In this document: in pieces, positions 41,632 to 51,057 of the stretch
How the letters are laid out: every line of letters begins with the position of its first letter
Numbering within the stretch: position 1 is the stretch's first letter
Source: Thermodesulfobacteriota bacterium
GTDB lineage: Bacteria; Desulfobacterota_D; UBA1144; Nemesobacterales; UBA2774
Direction: 5' to 3'
DNA length: 64,000 bases
Assembly: GCA_965216785.1 (NCBI GenBank)
Contig: OZ244197.1
Location: 2,496,001 to 2,560,000, forward strand
Notes under the pieces: model-generated
Databases searched by the model: none
Told to the model about the DNA's origin: nothing
Seen by the model: only the letters and a program-made list of their open reading frames with translations
Made by a program: the position numbers and the translations under genes

Positions 41632-42372
41632 TTAAGTCTTCCCAAGAACAGGCACCACAGCGCCTGAAATAGAATCTCCACCACTCGAGCACAAAAATGA
41701 AATTACCCTCGCAATTTCCTCAGGCTTCACCCACTTTGAGTGGTCAGCCTTTGGCATCTCAGCCCTGTTATGCGGGGTGTCCATTGTGCCGGGAATAATG
41801 GCGTTTATGTTTATGTTATACCTCGACATTTCATCCGCGGCAGATTGTGTGAGGTTTAGTACACCCGCCTTTGAGGCTCCGTACGCGCTCATGTTCGCCG
41901 CTCCGTGAAGGGCAGGGCGGGCCCCGATATTCACAATCCTTCCATAGTCCCGCTCCATCATGTGCGGAAGCGCGGCCCTTGTCATGAGGAATACGGACTT
42001 AAGGTTCATATCCATCATCCGCTCCCAGGCAGCATCGTCCGTATCGACAATCCCCGCCATTGAAAACCCGCCTACTATGTTTATCAAAATATCAATGCGC
42101 CCGAGCTTCTTTATAGATTTTTGAATAAGCTTCTCTGTCTGCCCGGACTTTGTAATATCCGCTTTAGCAAACGACAAGGCAGCCCCGTATCTATCCTTTA
42201 CGTCTGTAGCATACTTTAGCTGCCTCTCCTCTATATAGGTAGATAGCACCTGAGCCCCTTCGGCCAGGAACTCTTCCAACACCGCGACTCCCAGCCCTCC
42301 GGTCCCTCCGGTTATCAATGCGCGCCTGTCTTTTAATCTTTGCATTTTCACCTCCTGAGCACTTTGAGTCAT
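41632..42372 (-). CDS. SDR-family oxidoreductase
   Basis: TGGTGGLG and YGASK. Confidence 0.9.
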   Translation of the reverse strand: MTQSAQEVKMQRLKDRRALITGGTGGLGVAVLEEFLAEGAQVLSTYIEERQLKYATDVKDRYGAALSFAKADITKSGQTEKLIQKSIKKLGRIDILINIVGGFSMAGIVDTDDAAWERMMDMNLKSVFLMTRAALPHMMERDYGRIVNIGARPALHGAANMSAYGASKAGVLNLTQSAADEMSRYNININAIIPGTMDTPHNRAEMPKADHSKWVKPEEIARVISFLCSSGGDSISGAVVPVLGKT

Positions 42373-42476
42373 ATTCCGATCGCATATATTAGTCGGTATT
42401 CAATATCAAATCACTATTGACAATATTATGCTAACCTAAATAAAATAGATTTATATACCTTCCGGCCGAGGACAAT

Positions 42477-42833
42477 ATGGAACTTTTTATATCTATGAAA
42501 GCCGAGACTTTAAATAAGGGCATATATTTTAAGGAAAGTAGCATTATGCAGATGCCAACGGCGCAATCGGGCGGACACTTCGTAGCTGAATACCGGGAAG
42601 GGGACGAAGAGAAGCTGCAGCTCCTGAACCGTTACGTCGACATACTAAAACAAAAACTAAACGGAAAAGAAGACTTTTTCGTCCAGCAAACCTCCTACGG
42701 TTTCAAGCTCCTTAAACCCGTAGATAACGACATGGAATACATGGAAGCCTGGGAAGACTGGGTAAAATTCACAAGAGGCCTACTTCGTGAGCTTAAAGAA
42801 ATTTTAGGCGAAGACGATTGGGTATTGGATTAA
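42477..42833 (+). CDS. Hypothetical protein (start uncertain)
   Basis: 118-aa ORF filling an intergenic gap; no recognisable motif. Confidence 0.55.
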   Translation: MELFISMKAETLNKGIYFKESSIMQMPTAQSGGHFVAEYREGDEEKLQLLNRYVDILKQKLNGKEDFFVQQTSYGFKLLKPVDNDMEYMEAWEDWVKFTRGLLRELKEILGEDDWVLD

Positions 42834-42895
42834 GCCCTATCTTTTATTGAAGCACGAAAGAGCAAAGCAACTATAGCGCATCCTGGTCCTTTCAC

Positions 42896-42925
42896 TTGAC
42901 ACACATACACAAAACCTATTAGTAT
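42896..42925 (+). promoter_or_regulatory. Putative sigma70 promoter TTGACA-N18-TAGTAT
   Basis: Consensus-like -35 and -10 about 50 bp upstream of the small ORF. Confidence 0.5.
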
Positions 42926-42975
42926 TGAGGTGTGGGCAACATGTTGTGCAAGCCCGCAACAGGAGGATATAGAAT

Positions 42976-43047
42976 ATGTGGACATTAATCGTAATAGGCT
43001 TAGCTTTCCTCGGCTGGTATATAATCAAGCCGCAAGAGGCTGAGTAA
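42976..43047 (+). CDS. Small single-pass membrane peptide (23 aa, MWTLIVIGLAFLGWYIIKPQEAE)
   Basis: AGGAGG at 42961-42966; hydrophobic helix; flanked by promoter-like and hairpin sequences. Confidence 0.65.
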   Translation: MWTLIVIGLAFLGWYIIKPQEAE

Positions 43048-43060
43048 AGGCGCCGCGCCT

Positions 43061-43086
43061 AAAAGCGCTGGGACTTAAGCGCTTTT
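43061..43086 (+). terminator. Putative terminator AAAAGCGCT...AGCGCTTTT
   Basis: 9-bp inverted repeat just after the small ORF. Confidence 0.5.
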
Positions 43087-43277
43087 CAAGGCAGCGTTGT
43101 TTTATCATATTTCATACCGGAGCTTCCTTTAGCAATTAAGCCCCGCTTTATTTGCTTTTCCCCGTATTTTTGCTAATATTTTCTGGCAATTAAACCAAGC
43201 CAAATAGACACTCTACAGGTATAATTCAATTCCGAATTTATAAGTCCGTAAGGGCAATTTAGGAGACTAATCACCCG

Positions 43278-46124
43278 ATGTCAGAGGCCAAGAAAATTAA
43301 TTATAAAGACACTCTCAACCTCCCGAGGACCAGCTTCCCCATGAAGGCGAACCTGAGCCAGAAAGAGCCCGAGTATCAGAAAAGATGGACCAATATTAAC
43401 CTTTACGAGAGAATGAGGGATAAATCTAAAGGTGAGGATAAATTCATTTTCCACGACGGTCCGCCATACGCGAACGGCCCCATTCACCTTGGCCATCTGC
43501 TAAATAAAGTGCTTAAGGACATAGTAGTACGCTCAAAAACCATGCTCGGATACGACGTGGAATTTGTGCCGGGCTGGGACTGCCACGGGCTTCCCATAGA
43601 GCACAAAGTGCTAAAAGAGCTTGGCGAGGAGGCAAAAGAGCTATCAAAGCTCAAGATAAGATACAAGTGCCAATCCTACGCACAAAAATACGTCAAGCTC
43701 CAGTCAAAACAGATGCAAAAGCTAGGCACAATCGGAAATTACGAGCACCCGTACCTTACTATGACGCCCGATTATGAAGCGGGGGTTCTGGAAGTATTCT
43801 CAAAACTTTTAGAGAGGGACCTGGTATACCGCGATCTAAAACCCGTTCACTGGTCGATCGAGAATCGTACTGCGCTTGCGGACGCAGAGCTTGAGTACTA
43901 CGACAGAAAAGACAGGAGCGTATATGTATTATTCAAGGTAGAAAACCCGGGGTCTTTGCCCGGGAGCCTTGCTCTTCCCGCAGGTGAGAAACCAAGCCTT
44001 ATGATCTGGACCACCACCCCCTGGACTCTGCCCGCGAACCTCGCAGTGGCCGTCTCTGCGGATGGAGACTACGGACTATATAAAATAGAAAAAGACGGAT
44101 CTACTCATTACGCCCTACTGGTAGACAACCTTGCCGAGTCGGTTTTTAAAAAATCAGGCGCGGATAATTTCACAAAACTCGGCTCGTGCAAAGGAAGCGA
44201 GCTCTCAAAGAACTCTATAACGTACATTCACCCGTTCGCCGGGCGCACCGGCACCGTGGTCACAGCGGACTACGTCACATTCGAAGACGGCACAGGGCTG
44301 GTGCACACTGCCCCCGGACACGGAGTCGAGGACTATCAGACCGGGCTTAAGGAAGGGCTTCAGATATACTGCCCGGTCCTTGGAGACGGTACTTTCGACG
44401 ACACAGTTCCCGAGTGGATTAGGGGCGTGGATGTATGGAAAGGGAACGAAATAATAACGGAGCACTTAAGGGAGTCAGGAAATTTATTTCACGATGAAGA
44501 GTTCACCCACAGCTACCCTCACGACTGGAGGAGCAAGACCCCTACAATCTTCCGCGCAACGGAGCAGTGGTTCGTCAGCGTTGACAAAACTATCGATGAG
44601 TACGGAAAGAGCCTCAGGGAGCTAGGACTCGACAGCACGGAACAAGGTGTTACGTTCTATCCCGATTGGGGAAAGAACAGACTCAGGGGAATGCTCGAAT
44701 CCCGCCCCGACTGGTGCATCAGCCGACAGCGCGCATGGGGGCTTCCGATTCCGGCGTTCATAAATGACGACGGCCAGGCAGTGATAACCTCAGACCTTCT
44801 AAAAGTAATAACTGATAAGATAAGAGAAAAGGGAGCGAACTACTGGTTTCAGGCAGAGGACCATGAGCTGCTCGAAGGATACGATCCCAATAAGGACAGC
44901 GAGGCGCCCGATTGGGTAAAAGAAGAGGGCGCTCTCGACAAGCTAAAACGCGGAACGGATATATTTGACGTATGGTTTGAGTCGGGCTCCTCTTGGCATT
45001 CTGTGCTGCAGCAAAGAAAGATAGGCTACCCTGCAGACCTTTACCTGGAAGGTTCTGACCAGCACAGGGGCTGGTTCCAGCTCTCGCTGCTCCCGGCTTT
45101 AGGAGTAACGGGCGTACCGCCCTTCAAGGCCCTTCTTACACACGGATTCATGGTTGACGCCGAAGGCAGGAAGATGAGCAAATCAGGAGGGAACGCCCTT
45201 GAAGTCGAAGAGCTTTTAAAACAGCACGGAGCCGACATCTGCCGCTGGTGGGTGAGCTCACTCAAATACACTAACGACATAAAAGTAGACTGGGAGTTCT
45301 TTAAAGTCGCAGGAGACGAGTACAGAAAAGTAAGAAACACCATCAGATTTTTACTCGGCAATCTTGAAGGATTCGACCCCGAAAAAGACGCTGTGGAGTT
45401 TACCGAAGAGGATAAGTTCTCGATAGACAGCTGGGCAATGGGCGAGCTTAAGAAATTCGTCGCCGAAACAAAAGAGGCGTATGAGGGTTTTCAATATAAA
45501 AGGGCAAATGAGCTGATATTCCATTTCTGCTACGAGATCCTAAGCGCAGTCTACCTGGCCGCTACAAAAGACCGCCTATACTGTGAGAAAGAAGACTCCA
45601 GAAAGAGACGCCGCTCCCAGACCGTTATGTATAGGATTGCAGACTCTCTCATCAGGCTCTTGAGCCCGATACTTGTACACAGCGCCGACGAGGCTTATCT
45701 GAGCTTAAAAGGCGAGGGCACAGATTCAGGGCTATCCGTACACCTTGCGGGTATGCCCGAGGATATAGATGCCGAGATTGACGACAGGTGGGACGACGTA
45801 ATGGACCTCCGCTCGAAAATCCTAAAAGCGCTTGAGGAGACAAAAGAGACTGGCGGTGTAAGCAATCCACTAGACGCGGGTGTAGTAATAACTCTCGGCA
45901 GTGAATCCTATGCGCGCATAAAGCCGTTTGAAGAAGAGCTTGCCGATCTGTCCGGAGTTAGCAGAGCCGAGCTTTCCGAAGGGGAGACAGCAGAGGTCAC
46001 TGTAAACGACCTGAGCGACGAGCCCCGCTGCGAGCGCTCGTGGAAAAGGGACGGTACGGTAAAAGAACGCTCAGACGGCGGCTTTCTATCTGACCGCGAC
46101 GCAAAAGCCCTGGGACTTCTCTAA
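43278..46124 (+). CDS. ileS: Isoleucine--tRNA ligase (type 1)
   Basis: HDGPPYANG..HLGH, WTTTPWTLP, GSDQHRGWF and KMSKS. Confidence 0.97.
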   Translation: MSEAKKINYKDTLNLPRTSFPMKANLSQKEPEYQKRWTNINLYERMRDKSKGEDKFIFHDGPPYANGPIHLGHLLNKVLKDIVVRSKTMLGYDVEFVPGWDCHGLPIEHKVLKELGEEAKELSKLKIRYKCQSYAQKYVKLQSKQMQKLGTIGNYEHPYLTMTPDYEAGVLEVFSKLLERDLVYRDLKPVHWSIENRTALADAELEYYDRKDRSVYVLFKVENPGSLPGSLALPAGEKPSLMIWTTTPWTLPANLAVAVSADGDYGLYKIEKDGSTHYALLVDNLAESVFKKSGADNFTKLGSCKGSELSKNSITYIHPFAGRTGTVVTADYVTFEDGTGLVHTAPGHGVEDYQTGLKEGLQIYCPVLGDGTFDDTVPEWIRGVDVWKGNEIITEHLRESGNLFHDEEFTHSYPHDWRSKTPTIFRATEQWFVSVDKTIDEYGKSLRELGLDSTEQGVTFYPDWGKNRLRGMLESRPDWCISRQRAWGLPIPAFINDDGQAVITSDLLKVITDKIREKGANYWFQAEDHELLEGYDPNKDSEAPDWVKEEGALDKLKRGTDIFDVWFESGSSWHSVLQQRKIGYPADLYLEGSDQHRGWFQLSLLPALGVTGVPPFKALLTHGFMVDAEGRKMSKSGGNALEVEELLKQHGADICRWWVSSLKYTNDIKVDWEFFKVAGDEYRKVRNTIRFLLGNLEGFDPEKDAVEFTEEDKFSIDSWAMGELKKFVAETKEAYEGFQYKRANELIFHFCYEILSAVYLAATKDRLYCEKEDSRKRRRSQTVMYRIADSLIRLLSPILVHSADEAYLSLKGEGTDSGLSVHLAGMPEDIDAEIDDRWDDVMDLRSKILKALEETKETGGVSNPLDAGVVITLGSESYARIKPFEEELADLSGVSRAELSEGETAEVTVNDLSDEPRCERSWKRDGTVKERSDGGFLSDRDAKALGLL

Positions 46125-46125
46125 T

Positions 46126-46162
46126 GTCATTGCGAGGGAGCAAAGCGACCGCGGCAATCCCC
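46126..46162 (+). repeat. REP-like repeat GTCATTGCGAGGGAGCAAAGCGACCGCGGCAATCCCC
   Basis: Second copy at 11113-11139; starts 2 bp after the ileS stop, between convergent genes. Confidence 0.8.
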
Positions 46163-46192
46163 ACTAATCCAGGCACTAAATGAATCCATGTG

Positions 46193-46534
46193 CTATCCAG
46201 GCGGCCACTCCATCTGCCTGCCGCCAAGCAGGTGAACGTGCATGTGCTCGACCTCCTGCCCACCTTCTTTATTTGTATTCAGCACCAGCCTGTAACCTGA
46301 CTCCGACACACCCATGTCTCTTGCGATCTGTGAAGCCCTGAGCAGCATATGTCCCAGTAGACCCTTATTATCTTCACTCGCTTCGGCAAGCGAGACAATT
46401 TCTTTCTTGGGGATAATAAGTACGTGCACGGGGGCCTGTGGATCTATGTCCTTAAACGCTAGGCAAAGATCATCCTCGTACACGATGTCCGCTGGAATCT
46501 CTTTATCAATAATCTTCTTGAATACCGTACTCAT
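46193..46534 (-). CDS. hinT: HIT-family purine nucleoside phosphoramidase
   Basis: HMHVHLLGGR triad; likely start ATG 46534. Confidence 0.88.
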   Translation of the reverse strand: MSTVFKKIIDKEIPADIVYEDDLCLAFKDIDPQAPVHVLIIPKKEIVSLAEASEDNKGLLGHMLLRASQIARDMGVSESGYRLVLNTNKEGGQEVEHMHVHLLGGRQMEWPPG

Positions 46535-46535
46535 G

Positions 46536-47609
46536 TTAATCCTCCGGCAATTTAATGTTCGGCCACTTTGCAATCGAATCCGTAGACTTAACTATATTTA
46601 TACCTGCCTCCCGGAACTCTTGAAAAGAGCTATCGGCCTCATCTGTATAGTCTATAACCCCGGGTACGACTATGGGCGTCATACAGTCTTCCAATACATA
46701 TATCTTCTCCGTAAGCTTACTGTCCCTTACCGCTACACAATCCAGAAGGTCTGCAATGGTCCAGGCGATGCAGTGGCTCTTTGCCTGTCCAGCGATAATC
46801 ACAGCGTCGTAATCGATTAGCTTCTGAAATATTGCCTCAGACGTCCCCGGCTTTTGAAAGAGCGACTCGCTCCTTATGGATAGTGGCTCACCCCCGGGTC
46901 CTGAAGATACTTCGGGAGCAAGCACTGAATAGTGTTCGGTAACAGGGTTATCGCCCTTAACGTGGATATCCGGCTGGCTTAGCCTCGCGATAGTGTGAAA
47001 AAACATTGCTTCTTCAAACGATGGTACGAGTGCGTGACCGATCCCCCCAAGCATTGCATGATAGGGCCATATTGTAAGCTCGTATTTCCCGGATTTTTTA
47101 AGCTCTTCCGTATAATGAAGTATTTGGTGTTCTATGTAATCCCCGGAATAGCTCACATCGTGCGTGAGCTTCATGTTAAACTTCCACTTGCCTTCCCTAA
47201 TGTCGTCTTCAGTTATATGAGTGTATGGCGCCGGGTGCTCGCCAAGATCGTTAACAAAGAATATGCTGTGGAAGATCTGCATCGCCTGGTGCGTATCCAT
47301 AGTGGGAACAATCTCGGTAATCATGTTGAGATTCCTGTATATGAACTCCGTAAGCCTCCTGTTATCTTCTACTGCCCCTGTGCCTGACCGCCCTCCGACA
47401 AATAGCTCGAAACCAGGAATACAGAACGTATTTTGAACGTCTACAGCTATAAGGCATACACGGAAGTCATCATTTGAAGACGGGCTTATATCATGCTCAA
47501 CTGCCCAAGCCGATGCGGTGCTTGCGATTTCCTGATACTCCACCCGCCATACCCGAGAGACTTTTTCGGGGTCGTAGTGTGAGGGGACAGGAAGCTCTTT
47601 ATTTGCCAT
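46536..47609 (-). CDS. Isochorismatase/nicotinamidase-like cysteine hydrolase
   Basis: VDVQNTFC, DTH, WPYH, KG and AKSHC. Confidence 0.8.
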   Translation of the reverse strand: MANKELPVPSHYDPEKVSRVWRVEYQEIASTASAWAVEHDISPSSNDDFRVCLIAVDVQNTFCIPGFELFVGGRSGTGAVEDNRRLTEFIYRNLNMITEIVPTMDTHQAMQIFHSIFFVNDLGEHPAPYTHITEDDIREGKWKFNMKLTHDVSYSGDYIEHQILHYTEELKKSGKYELTIWPYHAMLGGIGHALVPSFEEAMFFHTIARLSQPDIHVKGDNPVTEHYSVLAPEVSSGPGGEPLSIRSESLFQKPGTSEAIFQKLIDYDAVIIAGQAKSHCIAWTIADLLDCVAVRDSKLTEKIYVLEDCMTPIVVPGVIDYTDEADSSFQEFREAGINIVKSTDSIAKWPNIKLPED

Positions 47610-47722
47610 AGGGTCTTATACCTGTGTAGATTGATATAATTGTATAACGGAATTGACATTATATGAGCCAGTGGCAATAATCAAGTTTATAATGCTTAAA
47701 TCCGAGGTCCTACACTTACCCA

Positions 47723-48505
47723 ATGCCTAAAAGACTCGAAAAAAGAGGTATTAAAGCCTATATATTCGTCACCTGCCTTGTGGACACGTTCTTTCCCGAT
47801 GTGGGAGTGAGCATGGTAAGGGTGCTAGACAGGTTAGGCGTGGAAACCGTATTTCTGAACGATCAGACATGCTGCGGACAACCCGCTTTTAACAGCGGAT
47901 ACCAGGACGATGCTCGAGTCGTGGCAGAAAGGTTCCTCAAGGTGTTCGAAAAGGCGGTAAATGACAGTTCGGGGAAGGACATTTACATAGTTTGCCCGTC
48001 CGGATCGTGCACATCCATGATTAAAGTGTTTTATAAAGAACTATTCCATAATAGTCCGACATTATTGAATATTATTGATAAGATATCGGACATGACATAT
48101 GAATTCACGGATTTTTTGGTAAATGTGCTAAATATTACGGACGTGGGGGCAGAATACAGTGGTGTACTGACGTATCACGACTCCTGTCATATGCTGAGAG
48201 AGCTAGGGGTAAACGATGCCCCCAGACAGCTAATCCGCTCCGTAAAGGGGGCGGAATTCAAGGAAATGGAGATGCATGACGCCTGCTGCGGCTTCGGGGG
48301 CACATTTTCTGTAAAATTCCCCGAGGTTTCGGTCTCAATGCTTGATGAGAAAATCCACTGTATTGAAAAATCCGGAGCAGACACTGTGGTTTCGGCGGAT
48401 ATGGGGTGCCTGATGAACATCGGCGGGGCGCTCAGCAGGAGAAATATCCCCGTAAAAGTCATGCACATCGCGGATTTACTTGCTAGCCATGGGGAAAAAG
48501 CTTAA
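47723..48505 (+). CDS. lutA: Lactate utilisation protein A (CCG domains)
   Basis: TCCGQPAFNSG, YHDSCH and CCGFGGTFS. Confidence 0.88.
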   Translation: MPKRLEKRGIKAYIFVTCLVDTFFPDVGVSMVRVLDRLGVETVFLNDQTCCGQPAFNSGYQDDARVVAERFLKVFEKAVNDSSGKDIYIVCPSGSCTSMIKVFYKELFHNSPTLLNIIDKISDMTYEFTDFLVNVLNITDVGAEYSGVLTYHDSCHMLRELGVNDAPRQLIRSVKGAEFKEMEMHDACCGFGGTFSVKFPEVSVSMLDEKIHCIEKSGADTVVSADMGCLMNIGGALSRRNIPVKVMHIADLLASHGEKA

Positions 48506-48507
48506 TT

Positions 48508-49959
48508 ATGTCCTTTGAAAAAGTAGCGTTTGAAAAAGACTCCTCGAAAGCACTGAGAGATAAAAAGCTCAGAAAAGCTCTGGTTAATGTTACAGACCGC
48601 TTCAGAGCCGCAAGACTTAGAGCCTCGAGCCAAGTCGTTGACTGGAACGAGCTCAGGGCGCGCGGCAGAGAGATCAAGAAGGGAACCATTGAGAACCTGG
48701 ATAAATACCTCTGTATGCTCGAGGAGAGCGTTAAGAGGGCAGGGGGCAAGGTGCATTGGGCCAAGGACGCGTCAGAGGCGTGTGAGATCATCGTAAACAT
48801 TGCGCGCGAGGGTGAGGTTAGCTCGGTAGTCAAGAGTAAGTCCATGGCCACAGAGGAGATTGAGCTTAACTCAGCGTTTGAAAAAAGCGGCATAAAAGTG
48901 GTCGAGACCGATCTTGGAGAGTACATAATCCAGCTTGCCGGTGAGCACCCATCACACATCATCGCCCCCGCGATACATAAAACCAAGGACGATATTTCGG
49001 AGCTATTCTCAGAGAAGCTGGGCATACCCCATTACGATGAGGCTGAGCAGCTGACAAAGGTCGCGAGAGAGAGACTTAGGAGCGAGTTCTTAAATGCCGG
49101 CATGGGAGTATCAGGCGCGAACTTTGCCGTGGCCGAGACAGGAACTATTGTCATAGTAGAGAATGAGGGGAACGCGAGGCTCACGACCACAGTGCCGAGG
49201 ATCCACGTAGCACTTGTGGGAATAGAAAAGCTTGTTCCCCGCTTTGAGGACCTGTCTCTTTTTCTGACGCTACTTGCAAGGAGCGCCACGGGGCAGAAAT
49301 CCTCCACCTATGTCTCGTTCATCACAGGACCCAAGAGAGAAACAGACACGGACGGCCCTGAGGAGTTTCACCTGGTGCTGCTAGACAACGGACGCTCTGG
49401 GATTCTCGCTTCAGATGAGACCAGGGAATCGCTCTATTGCATCAGGTGCGGCGCGTGCCTTAACAACTGCCCTGTGTACAGGCAAGTGGGGGGGCATTCG
49501 TACGGCTGGGTCTACTCGGGCCCGATTGGAGCGATCATTAACCCTCAGCTTATGGGTATAGACAAAGCTCCCGAGCTGCCGTTCGCCTCGTCCCTTTGCG
49601 GTGCGTGCAGAGACGTCTGCCCAGTAAAGATCGATTTCCCCAAAGTGCTATTAGATCTCAGAAAGCAGGTAGTCGAGAAAAAGGGTAAGCAAAACAGGGT
49701 AGGGGGTCATTTGTTTGAGTCGCTCGGAATAAAGCTCTGGCGATTCGTCGTTCAGAACAGAGCGCTGTATGAGATGGCTAATAAGACTGCCTACTATTTA
49801 CAGATGCCCTGGAAGAAAGGTAATAGGAATTTAAACTCGCTACCGTACCCGTTCTCCAGATGGACAGATGAAAGAGACTTCCCGCAGGTCGCGAAAGAGT
49901 CTTTCAGGAATAGATGGGAGAAAATTAAGCAGGAGTTAGCGGAGCATTCAAAAGCATGA
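48508..49959 (+). CDS. lutB: Lactate utilisation protein B (LUD + 4Fe-4S)
   Basis: ETDLGEYI, PSHIIAPAIH, CIRCGACLNNCP and SLCGAC..CP. Confidence 0.92.
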   Translation: MSFEKVAFEKDSSKALRDKKLRKALVNVTDRFRAARLRASSQVVDWNELRARGREIKKGTIENLDKYLCMLEESVKRAGGKVHWAKDASEACEIIVNIAREGEVSSVVKSKSMATEEIELNSAFEKSGIKVVETDLGEYIIQLAGEHPSHIIAPAIHKTKDDISELFSEKLGIPHYDEAEQLTKVARERLRSEFLNAGMGVSGANFAVAETGTIVIVENEGNARLTTTVPRIHVALVGIEKLVPRFEDLSLFLTLLARSATGQKSSTYVSFITGPKRETDTDGPEEFHLVLLDNGRSGILASDETRESLYCIRCGACLNNCPVYRQVGGHSYGWVYSGPIGAIINPQLMGIDKAPELPFASSLCGACRDVCPVKIDFPKVLLDLRKQVVEKKGKQNRVGGHLFESLGIKLWRFVVQNRALYEMANKTAYYLQMPWKKGNRNLNSLPYPFSRWTDERDFPQVAKESFRNRWEKIKQELAEHSKA

Positions 49960-50648
49960 GTAACCAATCACGAGAGGAAATATTGCATAAAGTACGTAAG
50001 GGTCTATCAACCGTACAGGACACTGCGCAGATCCTTCCTGACGACAGAGATTTCTCTAAAGAGGCTAAGGAATTAGCAGAGAACCTCACTAATCTGCAAG
50101 ATAAACTCGTCGAGCAATTTACGGCAGAGGTAGAAAATGTAAACACAACTGTCTTAAGAGCTCAGAATTCAAAGAAGCTCATACAATCTATTGCTAAGCT
50201 CACGAAAGAAAAGCAGGCGAAATCTTTCGCGGTCTGGGAAACCTCTTATCTAAAAGAGCTCGGACTGAAAGAGACGCTGAAAAAAGAAGGGTTAAAACTC
50301 GTAACCGTGAAGAACAAAAACCGCCTCGCCAAAGCTGACATCGGTATCACGGAAATAGACTACGCCATAGCCGATACCGGCACGCTTGTGCTGCTCACGG
50401 ATAGAAATCAGCCACGCGGGGTGTCACTGCTGCCGCCGATACATTTGGCAATAGTGCGTCCTGAAAACATAGTCGGCAATATCAGAGAGCTGTTTATTTT
50501 GCTGAAAGATAGGATCGATAGATCAGGAGATATTAAAAGCTGTATGACGTTTATAACAGGCCCCAGCAGAACCGCAGACATAGAGCTTAACCTCACACTC
50601 GGAGTCCACGGCCCGAAAGAGCTGTTTGTCATTATAACAAAATCCTAA
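49956..50648 (+). CDS. lutC: Lactate utilisation protein C (LUD domain)
   Basis: AIADTGT and ITGPSRTADIE..GVHGP. Confidence 0.88.
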   Translation: MSNQSREEILHKVRKGLSTVQDTAQILPDDRDFSKEAKELAENLTNLQDKLVEQFTAEVENVNTTVLRAQNSKKLIQSIAKLTKEKQAKSFAVWETSYLKELGLKETLKKEGLKLVTVKNKNRLAKADIGITEIDYAIADTGTLVLLTDRNQPRGVSLLPPIHLAIVRPENIVGNIRELFILLKDRIDRSGDIKSCMTFITGPSRTADIELNLTLGVHGPKELFVIITKS

Positions 50649-50671
50649 TTAACAAGCCATATGGTATCTTC

Positions 50672-51046
50672 TTAAAAACAGACAAACTGCACTTCTGGAT
50701 CAGAACTAATTAGCCCTGTTGGCATTCCGTTCATACCAATCTCTATCTCACTGAAAAAACGTAATGTGCCACAGTCAAGGGTATTACAATCTATAGAGAT
50801 ACATTCACTATCCTCTGGTGGGATAAAAAAATCTGCGGCTAACGAAATCCCACTGTCATCAGGTGGGAATGTTGCGCCACAAAAAAATGGTTCACAGACA
50901 TTAATTATATCTTCAGCCAGACATTCCGAATTCATTATTTTCTCATTTGGTACACAATCTATATTATCGCTACTCCCATTATCACTACACCCGCCGTACA
51001 ACGAGATTAGCAACAAAGGAACAATTAGATAAGCAATAAACTTAAT
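50672..51046 (-). CDS. Cys-rich lipoprotein, probable ATT start
   Basis: GGAGG 6 nt before ATT 51046; the signal peptide then aligns with the upstream paralog; 8 further Cys. Confidence 0.65.
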   Translation of the reverse strand: MKFIAYLIVPLLLISLYGGCSDNGSSDNIDCVPNEKIMNSECLAEDIINVCEPFFCGATFPPDDSGISLAADFFIPPEDSECISIDCNTLDCGTLRFFSEIEIGMNGMPTGLISSDPEVQFVCF

Positions 51047-51057
51047 TATCCGCCTCC

